Positions 24,376 to 38,126 of a stretch of DNA of 64,000 nt are shown here, piece by piece. The notes under the pieces were generated by a model. That model did no database searches and was not told the origin of the DNA. It saw nothing but the letters and a program-made list of their open reading frames with translations. A program made the position numbers and the translations under genes. Position 1 is the first letter of the stretch. The number at the start of each line of letters is the position of its first letter. Source of the stretch: Mobula hypostoma (taxonomy: Eukaryota); the NCBI RefSeq assembly GCF_963921235.1, contig NC_086097.1, positions 197,224,001-197,288,000 on the forward strand, given 5' to 3'.

Positions 24376-26900
24376 TAGGCTCTGAGTGTATGGTTGCAGG
24401 GTCTATTCGCATAAAGCAAATGGGGAACTGATAACATACCTGGTTGGGTACTGAGGGACTGTGCAGCCCAGTTAAGAGAAGTTCGAACAGACATCTTCAA
24501 CACCTCTCTGGAACAGTCCACTTTCCCTGCAGGCTTCAATGTAGCCACCATCATCGCGGTGACCAAGAGGGTAACAGTAACCTGCCTTTACAACAAGCGT
24601 ACACTGACACAGACCTCAACGATAATGAAGTGCTTTATGTGGCTGGTTATGGATCACATTGTCCCATTTTCTTGCTACATTGGACCTTTCCCAGTTTGCT
24701 TCTTGCTTAAGTTGGTCCACTGATAAAGCCATAGCCTGTGCCCTCCACTCTGCCCACATGGAAAATGGTAACTTGTGCGTCAGTATGCTGCTTATTGGCT
24801 TCAGCTCAACTGTCCTCGTTCGGTTTCACCACCTCTATAACTGGATCTTGGACTTCTTGACAGAAAAGCCATGGTCAGTCTGTGTTGGCAGAAACATCTC
24901 TTAATTCCATTATGCTGAGCACTGGCCCACCACGGGGCTGGGTGCTCAGCTTGCTGCTGTTTACACTGCTGAGGCATGGTTGAATTTCAAGATCCAGTTC
25001 AAACCAAATCATGAAGTTCACTGATAACACAACAGCACTTGTCCTTATCAACAGCAATGCGGTGGCATACAGAGAGGAGGCAGAGCAGCTGAAAGAACGG
25101 TGCGAGCATAACAACTTGAATGACAAGACTAAAGAGATTATTGTGGACTTTAGGAAGATGCAGACTGACCACTCCTCTGCACATAAAGAACTTTTCTGTG
25201 AAGAGAGAGTTGGGAGTACCAAGATTCTGGAAGTGCACATAACAGTTGATCTCACCTGGTCCCTCAACACCACCTTTTGCAATGGATGTTGTATATTTGG
25301 AATTTCAGAAGGGCTTTGACAAGGTGCCACACATGAGGCTACTTAACAAGATAAGAGCCCATGGAATTACGGGAAAGTTACATTCGTGGATAGAGCATTG
25401 GCTGATTGGCAGGAAACAGAGTGGGAATAAAGGGATCCTATTCTGGTTGGCTGCCAGTTACCAGTGGTGTTCCACAGGGGTCCGTGTTGGGGCCGCTTAT
25501 TTTTACGTTGTATATCAACGATTTGGATTATTGGAATAGATGGCTTTGTAGCTAAGTTTGCTGATGATACAAAGATGGGTGGAGGGGCCGGTAATGCTGA
25601 GGAAGCAGAGAGTCTGCACAGAGACTTGGATGGATTGGGAGAATGGGCAATGAAGTGGCAAATGCAATACAATGTTGGAAAGTGTATTGTTATGCACTTT
25701 GGCAGAAGAAATAAACGGGCAGACTATTATTTAAATGGGGAGAGAATTCAAAGTTCTGAGATGCAACGGGACTTGGGAGTCCTTGTGCAGGATACCCTTA
25801 AGGTTAACCTCCAGGTTGAGTTGGTGGTGAAGAAGGCGAATGCAATGTTGGCATTCATTTCTAGAGGAATAGAGTATAGGAGCAGGGATGTGATGTTGAG
25901 GCTCTATAAGGCACTGGTAAGACCTCACTTGGAGTACTGTGTGCAGTTTTGGGCGCCTTATTTAAGAAAGGATGTGCTGACATTGGAGAGGGTACAGAGA
26001 AGATTCACTAGAATGTTTCTGGCAATGAGAGGGTTAACATAAGAGGAACGTTTGTCCGCTCTTGGACTGTGTTCCTTGAAGTTTAGAAGAATGAGGGGGG
26101 AACCTCATAGAAACATTTTGAATGTTGAAAGGCATGGACAGAGTGGATGTGGCAAAATTGTTTCTCATGGTGGGGGAGTCTCGTACAAGAGGGCATGACT
26201 TAAGGATTGAAGGGTGCCCATTCAGAACAGAGATCCGAAGAAATTTTTTTAGCCAGAGGGTGGTGAATCTGTGGAATTTGTTGCCACGGGCAGCAGTGGA
26301 GGCCAAGTCATTGGGTGTATTTAAGGCAGAGATTGATAGGTATCTGAGTAGCCAGGGCATCAAAGGTTATGGTGAGAAGGCAGGGGAGTGGGACTAAATG
26401 GGAGAATGGATCAGCTCATGATAAAATGGCAGAGCAGACTCGATGGGCGGAATGGTTGACTTGTGCTCCTTTGTCTTATGGTCTTTTAGTGAAGAAAGCA
26501 CAGTAGCTCCTCCACTTCCGCAGGAGACTGAGGTGAGCAAGGTTTCCCCCCACCCACCACTCTAACTAGTTTTTACAGGAGCACCATGACAAGTGTCCTG
26601 AGCAGTTGCATTATTATCTGGTGCAGGAATTCAAAGGCATCAGACCACAAGACCTTACAAAGGATTGAGAGGACTGCTGAGGGGATTGTTGGGATTTCTC
26701 TCTCACTCACCCGAGATGTGTATCAGCAGCGCTATTTACGCAGGGCCCTTGACATTGTCAAGGAACCCTCCCATCCGTCTAGCAATCTCTCTGATCCCTT
26801 CTATCATTAGACAGGAGGTACTGCAGCATTAGGACAAGGACTGTTAAAATGGGAAATGGTTTCTTCCCTCAGGCGGTGGAACTACTGAACTCCGTACCAC
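24376..26900 (+). mobile_element. Rex1/Babar-like LINE fragment interrupted by a CR1
   Basis: Motifs LYNWILDFLT, KFTDNTT, KTKEIIVDFRK and DLTWSLNT. Resumes at about 26488 with TSVLSSCIIIW...LQRIERTAE. Confidence 0.8.
25279..26487 (+). mobile_element. CR1 LINE 3' fragment nested in the Rex1-like LINE
   Basis: Motifs DVVYLEFQKGFDKVPH, KFADDTK and [11 protein letters not shown]. 3' end gctcctttgtcttatggtctt. Confidence 0.9.
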
Positions 26901-26925
26901 CACACATGAAGCACTAGTAGCATTA

Positions 26926-28735
26926 CCTATATACTACTGAAACTCTCATGCTCTGTCTGTCTGTGACCTCCAATTAGCACAAACGGTGCATTACAGCGGC
27001 ACTTTTTTTTGGCAAAATCAAATTAAAATGCGCTAACTTACAGAATACAGGCAAAGTTCAGGGTTATATGTTCGTATAAAATTGCTCATTTGCCAAAATA
27101 AACAGGTTCCATTTTAACCTGAGACCCCATCGGCCGTCATGGAAATCGGGATGCGACAGCTGGACTCGTGCACGGCCAGTCTCAGCAGCGGCACCTACCG
27201 GAGCAAAAGGGCAGGGCAGTTCTATTTCAAGGGGTCACATTCTGCTGATCAGCACTATCTGCATGTGCAGGATTGGGACAGATCTAACTGCCACCCATCA
27301 ATAAGAGATAATTAAATCTTATTGTAATGACATACTTTGAGACACCCACAAAACCCTTTGCTGCAATCAAAAGACAGCAGTGACTATGTCACGTCCATTT
27401 CGGAGAGCGCCAACCACATCATCAAGAATAATCAGCATCCTTTGGTGTTACAGCTTCGTATCTTCTATCTAGCATTAAGGTAAAAAAAAATGGTCAGCCT
27501 AATTATGCTGCGTGGAAAGGGAAGGGGGACATTATGGTCAAGAGATACTTTACTGTCGCAAAACAATTGATACTAGAGCGTACAATCATCATAGCAATAT
27601 TTGATTCTGTGCTTCGTGCTCCCTGGATTACAAATCAATAGTAAATTTTAAAAATTTAAATTATAAATCATAAATAGAAAATGGAAAAGGGAAAGTAAGG
27701 TAGTGCAAAAAAAAACCGTGAGTCAGGTCTGGATATTTGGAGGTTATGGCCCAGATCCCGGTCAGGATCCGTTCAGCAGTCTTATCACAGTTGGAAAGAA
27801 GCTGTTCCCATATCTTGCCGTATGAGTCTTTAAGCTCCTGAGCCTTCTCCCCGAGGGAAGATGGTTGAAAAGTGTGTTGGCTGGGCGGGTCGTGTCCTTG
27901 ATTATTCTGGCAGCACTGCTCCGACAGCGTGCGGTGTAAAGTGAGTCCAAGGACGGAAGATTGGTTTGTGTGATGTGCTGGGCTGTGTTCATGATCTTCT
28001 GCAGCTTCTTCCAGTCTTGGACAGGACAACTTCCATACTAGGTTGTGATGCACCCGAGAAGAATGCTTTCTATGGTGCATCTATAAAAATTAGTGAGGAT
28101 TTTAGGGGACAGGCCAAATTTCTTTGGCTTTCTGAGGAAGTAAAGGTGCTGGTGGGCCTTCTTGGCAGTGGACTCTGGTGGGACCAAGTCAGGTCATTTG
28201 TGATATTGACCCCGAGGAACTTAAAGCTTTTGACCTGTTCCACTTGTGCACCACCGATATAAATTGGTGACGCCAAACGTCGTCGGGAAGCGGCAAGGAG
28301 AGGGAGAGAACAAGAATTGGATGAGGCCAGGGCCGCACGACTCCAGGATCAGAGTCAGAACAAAAAAAGATGAGAGAAGAGATAGAGGAGGAGAGGCATG
28401 CATGTCTCCAGGATCAGAGACAAAGAACAAACAGCAGAAGAGATGAAGAGACGGGAGATGAAAGGGCTGCATGTCTCCAGAATGACAACGAGAGGCACAG
28501 GGGTGGCAGATAGACTAGAAATAATGCCATCAAAAGTGTCCTTCGTTAAACGAGGAGCAGGTATATTTGCTTTGCTACGCATCATTCTTCTTTAATAAAC
28601 TGAGGTTTTCTACTTCAGTTTCCAAAGCAAAGCGATACCAGTAGCATTCAGGAAAATTTAATGTTCATTCTGGTCATATCAGATTGCACTACCCTTCTCT
28701 TAAAGTGTGCCCCAATGGGTCACCCCGTTGTCTAG
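26926..28735 (+). mobile_element. Non-autonomous Helitron (with nested LINE)
   Basis: 5' end A|cctatatactactgaaactc...ctgtctgtctgtgacc. 3' hairpin caatggg-tcac-cccgttg followed by CTAG|T. Inserted at an A|T site with no TSD. Confidence 0.8.
27545..28267 (-). mobile_element. Rex1/Babar LINE 3' fragment nested in the Helitron
   Basis: Motifs VEQVKSFKFLGVNITNDLTWS and HLPSGRRLRSLKTHTARYGNSFFPTVIRLLN. Confidence 0.85.
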
Positions 28736-29138
28736 TACTGTCTACTTTTTAACTTGCATTGTAAATCCACCTTATTACTTGTTAATTTATTTTTAGGGAT
28801 ATTACTTTATTAAGCCTGTGTTGGGCATTTTTGTCCGAGGAACATTGCTTCATTTGGCGATATATGTGTATTCAGTTGAATGACAATTGTCTTGAACTCT
28901 AACTTTTCACCAAAACATGAAGTTCAAGTTAATGAGCAAGTTTCCAAAGGAGAAGATACCCTCTGCTTAGTCTTTGTTTATGCATGTGAAAATGATTTAT
29001 GAATTGTGTTGTCTATATAAGTATGTTTTGCTGCCCTTAGTTTGATAGTTTGATAATGTTTTATTTGTTGGATTGGGCAAATAATTTCAGATTTCTACAT
29101 GCAACCTTTTATGTTAACCTGCTTTTCTAAACTTGTAG

Positions 29139-29260
29139 GTGCATTGACAACAAATGGCATCAGTGCAGACACTAGTGCAGAGATTGGAAGAGCGAAGAAC
29201 TGTTTGAGTCCTGAGGAAATTATTGACAAATATAAGGAAGCTATTTCTTACTTTGGGAAG
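29139..29260 (+). CDS. TRAPPC9: TRAPPC9 coding exon (122 nt): (G)[40 protein letters not shown]
   Basis: Acceptor ttgtag|GT and donor AAG|gtaatc. In frame with the upstream exons. Confidence 0.96.
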
Positions 29261-30548
29261 GTAATCCCAAAATAATCCATTCTAAATTTGAGATTTCTTT
29301 GATAGTTATTCTACATAGAAATTTGGTTTTACTTGAATGTTTCAGTGAAAACCTTGTAATTTTAGAGGAAAGGTTTGACTTAAGTGACACCTGAGAAATC
29401 CTGAATACAATATGACTTAATGTTGAAGCTACTGAATTATCCACACATATTTAGCAAAGCTAGATTTGTTTTAACAAAAAAAAATCAAAATACTTTTATA
29501 AAACTCTTATCAGAAAATTGATAAACTGTAACATGTTGTAGAATTTTGTTCAAAATGTAGTATTTTGGCATTAGAAAATAACTAATTAGATCATAAACTT
29601 TTAGGTATTTAAGAACTCTGAAATTTCTTTATCACTAGATGTTTTAAACACTATAAAAGCTCTTCATCTGCTCCAACAATCCTCTTGCTCGCACATTTAA
29701 ATTGCCCAGGTCATAGGGATTATAGTGTTGCCTGCTACTTTAATTCTCCATCCCACTTCCCTTCTGAGGTATCTATCTGTGACTCCTATATTCCTATCAT
29801 GATGCCCATGACATCTGTTCAAGCATGCTACAGTCTTGCAGACTGAATATCAGTTCTACAACTTCAGGTAATTCTTTTCCTCTGTCTGAACCAAAATTAG
29901 TAATTTCTGCTTTAAATCATCCATCTGTGATGCAGAAAAATAAAAATTTGAGCCAAAAACTGTAACCTGGTCCGAGGGCGAAATCTGCAGCCCTGCATTC
30001 TACATCTATATATGTTCTTATCACTATAATTTACCTGAGCTTGTGTTGCGATTTTCTTTTAACTGCCCCATTAACCCATCAACGAGATAATAATGCACCT
30101 TATCCCTGAAGCAACCCTGGTCTCATCTTTTCAGATATTTTTCTGTTTCCCTTTTCCTCTTTGTCTTGTCACTGTCCAAATTACAAATATCTTTTCTTTT
30201 TACCGTCCAGCCCCACAACCACCTTTCTCAGTTCTGTTGCAGGAGGTCATTGCCCTGAGACATGAACTGTTTATTTTCCCACTTGCTAGAAGTTTCTGGC
30301 ATTTTTTTGTTTTTAGTTTACAGATTTCTAGCATGTGCAGAGTTTTTGATTGGTTTACCTTTCAGTCATGAAATCTTTTGGAATTGAGTGTTCTTTCTCT
30401 ACAGATACCTTGGTTTATTATTAACTTGTATTTTGAAGATCCCATATAATGCTAACATGCTTTATGCACACTTAATTCAAAATGATCACTTTTGGTCATG
30501 TATTGCTTTGGATGGAATTATTGCTAAATCTGTTTTCTTGTATGATAA

Positions 30549-30776
<228 letters not shown>

Positions 30777-31378
30777 TAGTTCCCAACAATTTCCTATTTT
30801 CATTGAATAGCCCTTTTGATTCTCTTGTATATCCTTCACAAAATAATCCTTATTATTGACTAATTTTGAATCGCTGATTAAAATGTGCTGTTTTTGACAA
30901 TTGCAAATAAAACATCAACTTGCATTGTTTGAATATAGTAAGGGGAAAATATTTAGCAATAATATTTTTGGTGTGAGTATAAGAAAGCTCAGGATTCCCA
31001 GATAAGAGTAGGTCCTCAACCTTGCATGCCAAGCTCCATGTCATTTGCCAGTTGCACTCTGTTGCTGAATTTGATGTGGACCTCAAATATTCTGGAATGT
31101 CCAACTTGTAGATTCTTGTGTAGGAGCCTTGAGCACTTTCACTATAGCTATAAGGAAGGAAGATTTTAAATAAATTTTGCTTTTGTTATTTAGAACATGG
31201 TGAGATAAAATAAGTGCGTGGATTGGGCCAACAATTTGTTCCATTGGAACTTATTTAAAATTTTTGTTGCCATTGGTGCTTTATACACAATACTAAAAAT
31301 TGTTTGTCATACTGAGTAAAATCATGCATGTGTTTAGTGTTTCCCATCTTTTGGTATATTATTTGTTGTATTTTGTAG

Positions 31379-31615
<237 letters not shown>

Positions 31616-32570
31616 TGATGGGACAGATGCAACCTATATGTCTATAACAACTGAGATGTTTTCAAACACATTTTGCAGCCTGTTTTTCTTGTTACTCAGA
31701 CAAGCAAAGTCAAATCTTGAACACTTGATCTTGCAATCACCTTATTCTAAATTTGAATGGGGCACTCTTAATATTAAAAAAAAAACTAAAATGATATAAA
31801 CCAGGAATATGTAAGTACATTGCGGTCTATAGCAGATAATAACCCTGTGATGACAACTAAGAATGTTGTATGAGACAGTTGTGTGATGGCCTTTTTGGTG
31901 TTTGTTGGTGGAAAGAATGATGCAGAGCTGAATTGGAGAAACATACCAAAGCTTCAGAACCAGAATTGGAATGGTCAGAGTGGATTGCATTGGCCCTTTT
32001 TGTCTCATAATAAAAGTTGATGCAATTGTTTTATCAATTTCAAGTGATTTTGATCTTGGATCACAAAAATGAAAGGCAGGATACTTTGAGTTTTATCCTA
32101 ATTTTCTAATAGTATCCCAATTTTCAACTTAATATTATCTTCCATCTCTTCTGTCAGCTGCAGATTGTATGTCTTTTCATGAAATCCCTTATTTAGAGAT
32201 CCAGCACAGTAACATCAATGAGCCTATGCCACCCAATTATACTCACGTGTCCTCACACTCCTCGCTTTATGTTGGTGGCACAGCAGAGGAAATTGCAAGC
32301 AGTTTCAAACTCCTGGGAATGCACATCATGCACAACCTCATGGTCCCAGAACACCACCTAAACCATCAAAAAAGCTCATCGAAGATTCAAATGTTCAGAG
32401 TACATTTATTTTCAAATTATCCATACAGTAAATAACCCTGAGAGTCATCTTCCCACAGCTAGCCACGAAACAAAAATAACCATGGAACCTGCTGAAAGCA
32501 AAATATCAAACTCCCAATGTGCAAACAGTGGGGGAAGGTGAAGATTGGAAAAACACAATATAAAAACACT

Positions 32571-35211
32571 AGCAACACACATCAAAGTTGCTGGTGAACG
32601 CAGCAGGCCAAGCAGCATCTGTAGGAAGAGGTGCAGTTGACGTTTCAGGCTGAGACCCTTCATCAGGACTAACTGAAGGAAGAGTGAGTAAGGGATTTGA
32701 AAGTTGGAGGGGGAGGGGGAGATCCAAAATGATAGGAGAAGACAGGAGGGGGAGGGATAGAGCCAAGAGCTGGACAGGTGATAGGCAAAAGGGGATACGA
32801 GAGGATCATGGGACAGGAGGTCCGGGAAGAAAGACAAGGGGGGGGGGAACCCAGAGGATGGGCAAGAGGTATATTCAGAGGGACAGAGGGAGAAAAAGGA
32901 GAGTGAGAGAAAGAATGTGTGCATAAAAATGAGTAACAGATGGGGTATGAGGGGGAGGTGGGGCCTAGCGGAAGTTAGAGAAGTCGATGTTCATGCCATC
33001 AGGTTGGAGGCTACCCAGACGGAATATAAGGTGTTGTTCCTCCAACCTGAGTGTGGCTTCATCTTTACAGTAGAGGAGGCCGTGGATAGACATGTCAGAA
33101 TGGGAATGGGATGTGGAATTAAAATGTGTGGCCACTGGGAGATCCTGCTTTCTCTGGCGGACAGAGCGTAAATGTTCAGCAAAGTGGTCTCCCAGTCTGC
33201 GTCGGGTCTCGCCAATATATAAAAGGCCACATCGGGAGCACCAGACGCAGTATATCACCCCAGTCGACTCACAGGTGAAGTGTTGCCTCACCTGGAAGGA
33301 CTGTTTGGGGCCCTGAATGGTGGTAAGGGAGGAAGTGTAAGGATATGTGTAGCACTTGTTCCGCTTACACGGATAAGTGCCAGGAGGGAGATCAGTAGGG
33401 AGGGATGGGGGGGACGAATGGACAAGGGAGTTGCATAGGGAGCGATCCCTGCGGAATGCAGAGAGAGGAGGGGAGGGAAAGATGTGCTTAGTGGTGGGAT
33501 CCCGTTGGAGGTGGCGGAAGTTACGGAGAATAATATGTTGGACCCGGAGGCTGGTGGGGTGGTAGGTGAGGACCTGGGGAACCCTATTCCTAGTGGGGTG
33601 GTGGGAGGATGGAGTGAGAGCAGATGTATGTGAAATGGGGGAGATGCGTTTAAGAGCAGAGTTGATAGTGGATGAAGGGAAGCCCCTTCCTTTAAAAAAG
33701 GAAGACATCTCCCTCGTCCTAGAATGAAAAGCCTCATCCTGAGAGCAGATGCGGCGGAGACGGAGGAATTGCGAGAAGGGGATGGCGTTTTTGCAAGAGA
33801 CAGGGTGAGAAGAGGAATAGTCCAGATAGCTGTGAGAGTCAGTAGGCTTATAGTAGACATCAGTGCATAAGCTGTCTCCAGAGACAAAGACAGAAAGATC
33901 TAGAAAGGGGAGGGAGGTGTCGGAAATGGACCAGGTAAACTTGAGGGCAGGGTGAAAGTTGGAGGCAAAGTTAATAAAGTCAACAAGTTCTGCATGCGTG
34001 CAGGAAGCAGCGCCAATGCAGTCGTCGATGTAGCGAAGGAAAAGTGGAGGACAGATACCAGAATAGGCACAGAACATAGATTGTTCCACAAACCCAACCA
34101 AAAGGCAGGCATAGCTAGGACCCATACGGGTGCCCATAGCTGCACCTTTAGTTTGGAGGAAGTGGGAGGAGCCGAAGGAGAAATTATTAAGAGTAAGGAC
34201 TAATTCCGCTAGACGGAGCAGAGTGGTGGTAGAGGGGAACTGATTAGGTCTGGAATCCAAAAAGAAGCGTAGAGCTTTGAGACCTTCCTGATGGGGGATG
34301 GAAGTATATAAGGACTGGACATCCATGGTGAAAATAAAGCGGTGGGGGCCAGGGAACTTAAAATCATCGAAAAGTTTAAGAGCGTGAGAAGTGTCACGAA
34401 CATAGGTTGGAAGGGATTGAACAAGGGGTGATAAAACAGTGTCGAGGTATGCAGAAATGAGTTCGGTGGGGCAGGAGCAAGCTGAGACAATAGGTCGGCC
34501 AGGACAGGCAGGTTTGTGGATCTTGGGTAGGAGGTAGAAACGGGAAGTGCGAGGTGTGGGAACTATAAGGTTGGTAGCAGTGGATGGGAGATCCCCTGAG
34601 CGGATAAAGTTGGTGATGGTGTGGGAGACAATGGCCTGGTGCTCCTCAGTGGGGTCACGATCGAGGGGTAAATAAGAGGAGGTATCCGCGAGTTGTCGCT
34701 GTGCCTCGGCAAGGTAGAGGTCAGTACGCCAGACTACAACAGCACCCCCCTTATCGGCAGGTTTAATAATAAGGTTAGGATTAGTGCGGAGGGAGTGGAG
34801 AGCAGAGCGTTCCAAAGGAATGAGGTTGGAATGGGGACAAGGTGCGGTAAAGTCGAGACGGTTGATGTCCCGTCGGCAGTTAGCAACAAAGAGATCCAGA
34901 GCAGGCAGAAGACCAGAGCGGGGTGTCCATGAAGAAGAGGAGGGTTGAAGACGGGAGAAGGGGTCATCGGTGGGGGTGGAAGAGTCCTTGCCGAAGAAGT
35001 AGGCTCGGAGACGGAGATGGCGGAAGAAAAGTTCCGTATCGTGGCGAACACGGAACTCGCTGAGGTGTGGGCGAAGGGGGACAAAGGTGAGGCCCTTACT
35101 GAGAACAGAGCGTTCTGCCTCTGACAGTTGAAGGTCGGAGGGGATGGTAAAGACCCGGCACGGATGAGAGCTGGGATCAGAGGGGGGAGGGGGGAGGCTG
35201 GGGGTGTCATT
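32571..35211 (-). mobile_element. Penelope-like element (Neptune-type) with uninterrupted RT + GIY-YIG ORF and 3' pLTR containing a hammerhead
   Basis: ORF 32965..35223 (752 aa) has LSKGLTFVP, IKPADKGGAVVV, LPKIHK, GRPIVS, MDVQSLYT, YIDD, a Cys linker and VIY...YIGET. It is 5'-truncated, and the first few residues come from flanking DNA. Confidence 0.95.
32633..32675 (-). ncRNA. Minimal type I hammerhead ribozyme motif in the PLE pLTR
   Basis: Minus strand reads AGTC CTGATGA AGGGTCTCAGCCT GAAAC GTC AACTG. The core is intact, with a mismatch at the first helix I pair. Confidence 0.75.
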
Positions 35212-35249
35212 ACACCAAATCACAAAGTCATTGAAAGAATCCAGGCATG

Positions 35250-36459
35250 CAGGTTTCCCCTGCCATCCGAAGGTAGAGCGTTCCTATGAAACGGTTCGTA
35301 AGCCGAAATGTCGTACAGCGAAGAAACAATTACCATTTATTTATATGGGAAAAATTTGAGAGTGTTCGCAGACCCAAAAATAACCTACCAAATCATGCCA
35401 AATAACACATAAAATCTAAAATAACAGTAACATATAGTAAAAGCAGGAATGATATGATAAATACACAGCCTATATAAAGTAGAAATGCTTTTCCACAATC
35501 ATTACTGAACTGTTCTCCGTAGCGAAAATCTCGCACAAGCTCAAGCAAGCTCTGTTGGCAAAAACACGGCGCAAGCGCTCTCCAGTAACCTTTAAGCTGT
35601 GAAGCTGCCAAATCATACCAAATAACACGTAAAAATACACCGCTGATATAAAGTAGAAATAATGTATGTACAGTGTAGTATCACTTACCGGAATTGGTTC
35701 AGCGCTGAGCACACTGGTGATGGTGTGTTAGACTGAGTCGTCGCAGGTTGGGTGGTGCAGTGGCACCCACCCTCCAGGCCGCTGACAGATACTGAACCGC
35801 AAAGCACACGGGTCCAGCGGTAGCCGGGAGGCATCCAGCACATCTTTAAGAAAAAAGCCTAAATGAACATGCTAATTAATTACGTGTCAGGCGGCACCTA
35901 ATTAATTAGCATGTTTATTTTGGCTTTTTTCTTCAAGATGTGCTGTGCGCCTCCCGGCTACTGCTGCATTCTCCGCGAATCGGTACAGTATCTGTCCGCG
36001 GCCTGGGTGTTGGGGTGGTGGGACACTGGGGTGTCATCTCATCGTCAGTTTCCATTAGAGCAGGCAGCTCATCTTCTCCTATGACTGCTTGCCTTGATGT
36101 CGAAGGTCGAGGTTCGTCGTCTGCTGTGGCTAATGTGGAAGGCTCGCTTGACTGCTGAGCCTCGCTCATTTTCTATCATACAGTTCTTTATAAGAACTCA
36201 AACCATCCTGCAAATATCCCCTAAACCTACGTACCCTTTCAAAATTAAAGTCGTACTTTATCATTGCAGCGAAAATGTCACGCAGCTGCTTTACGTTCAG
36301 TTCCTGGACGCTGCCTTTTATCGCGCGCTGATTTTCCCCGTGCTTTTTCTTTTCGTAACAGTGAAATCACCTTCTGAAAGCGAAAACGGGGTACTAATGT
36401 AGGTCTTTCGTAACAGTGAGGTTTGGTAAAGTGAATGTTTGAAAAGCGGGGGACACCTG
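35250..36459 (-). mobile_element. Second, shorter copy of the Tigger-like element
   Basis: Ends caggtttcccctgcc and gcgggggacacctg|TA. Collinear with 21155-22781, with internal deletions. Confidence 0.88.
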
Positions 36460-37129
36460 TATTCAGTTCAGTTCAATCCAGCGCTGTCGTTCGTTATCTG
36501 CAGGTTGCAGAGCCAGCCTGCCCTGATCAAAATCACACAAAATGGCAACAAAGTAAAGTAACCTGAAACACATAACATGAACTACAGAGTCCAATCCACA
36601 AACCATCGTGATTTTTAAATCTTGTCCAAGACCCAGGACTCTGGCACCATCCTCCAGCAGTATCAAGTGAGAGTGGGAAGGGACAGTTTATCTTCAGATA
36701 CCTTCCTTCGGGAGCAGTAGGTGAGTGGGAGAGAGTGATCGGTCACATGCAGGTAGAAGGCATGGAACACCTGCCCGCCTTTCACTCCAGTCCTTGTTGA
36801 TTTCATTCTTCCTCTTTTCTTTAATCAGTGAGATCAGCAGAAATGAAGTCCATCATGGGGTCAAACCTTTTCTCCAGACCACATACTTTGCTCAAAACCA
36901 TCTTGAACCCCCTTGGAGATTGCCAGAAAACACACCACCAAAATGCAGATCACAAGCTCTACCAGTAGCAGAACCACATTTGAAAGTAGTAGTGAAAGAA
37001 ATAGCTTTGTGAACTGTCTTTGTCTTTTTTTTGTGTGCTGCATCATATCCTGAGTAATTTTTTCATTCACCTTTACACTTGTGTACTAGAAATGACATTA
37101 AACAATCTTAAATCTGACAAATTAATCTA

Positions 37130-37262
37130 CTTGCCTGTAAGTCTTTGGAAAGCATACGGAAACCTGAGCACCCAGAGAAAACCCACGTGGTCATGGGGAG
37201 AGTATGCAAACTACTTAAAGATGGTGGCGGAATTGAGTCCAGTTCACTGGCAGTGTAATAAA
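37130..37262 (-). mobile_element. V-SINE fragment
   Basis: gaaacctgagcacccagagaaacccacgtggtcatggggagagtatgcaaact is the reverse complement of a V-domain/head. Confidence 0.55.
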
Positions 37263-37307
37263 GGTTTGTTTATTGTCATTGATGAAGCCCTTGCCACCAT
37301 TAGTACT

Positions 37308-37445
37308 TTTTACGAGGTGGAGTTGCTCGCTCGACACTCAGCCCGGCACAGTTGGAAAGTGTGCCCGAGAGCGGCCCGACTGGATTTGAACTTGGGAGCC
37401 TTCGCTCCGGGGTCCAGCTCTGATGTCACTTCGCCACCAGCCGGC
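37308..37445 (-). mobile_element. tRNA-derived SINE head
   Basis: Minus strand gccggctggTGGCGAAGTGAC...aaGTTCAAATCC has A-box- and B-box-like motifs. Confidence 0.6.
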
Positions 37446-38007
37446 TCTTTGATGGTGTTGAGACTAGCGCATGATTTGGATTTAAGTGAGGGAGAGTTGC
37501 GCAGCGTCAGCCTCACTCTCTCTTCCCAATTCCCATCTGGAATTAGTGGCAAGATGAGTCGAGGCGGCTGGAGATGGGACTAGGCGCAGTGGATGACTAG
37601 GACGTCTTTTGTGTCTTTTCCTACTCTACACGTTCCACGATGCTTGCAGAGACCGCCTTCTTGACCGTTGGACCTTCCGTTGGTCTCGTCTGCTTAATCT
37701 GCCGGAGTTTGTTTTCACATGCTGGGACAGACAGCTCTCTATCTCACCGAGGGTTTGAGACCCATCGGCTACCCTCACCTGGTTTAGCCGGCTTGTCAAA
37801 GCCGTTGCCCGAGGTGTGGCTGCTGTAGCTTGCAAACGGCTACAAGGAGCCACAGGTGAGAGCTGAGGGCCAGGTGAGGACCAAAGGTGGACTAACTGCC
37901 TTGAAAAGGACGCGGCATGTTCCCCCACCAGAGGTGCTACCCCTCCCTGACACCCCATACACCCCGGCATTAACCACTATGCTCGTGAGGTAAACTCTCA
38001 AAATTGA

Positions 38008-38126
38008 GATTCTGCAGATGTTGGAAATCCAGAGCAATAGAGTGAATATTGAAGGAACTCAGAGGTTAGGCAGCATCTATGGAAGGGAATAAATAGTCAA
38101 TGTTTTGGGTTGAGATCCTTCAGGAT
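38008..38126 (-). mobile_element. Decayed Penelope-type pLTR tail
   Basis: ctgcagatgttggaaatcc...gaaggaactcag...ggcagcatctatgg...gtcaatgttttgggttgagatccttcagga. Confidence 0.6.

Noticed and set aside
37370..37445. Genuine tRNA gene
   Set aside because: It has A/B-box-like motifs, but I could not build a cloverleaf. It is better explained as a SINE head.
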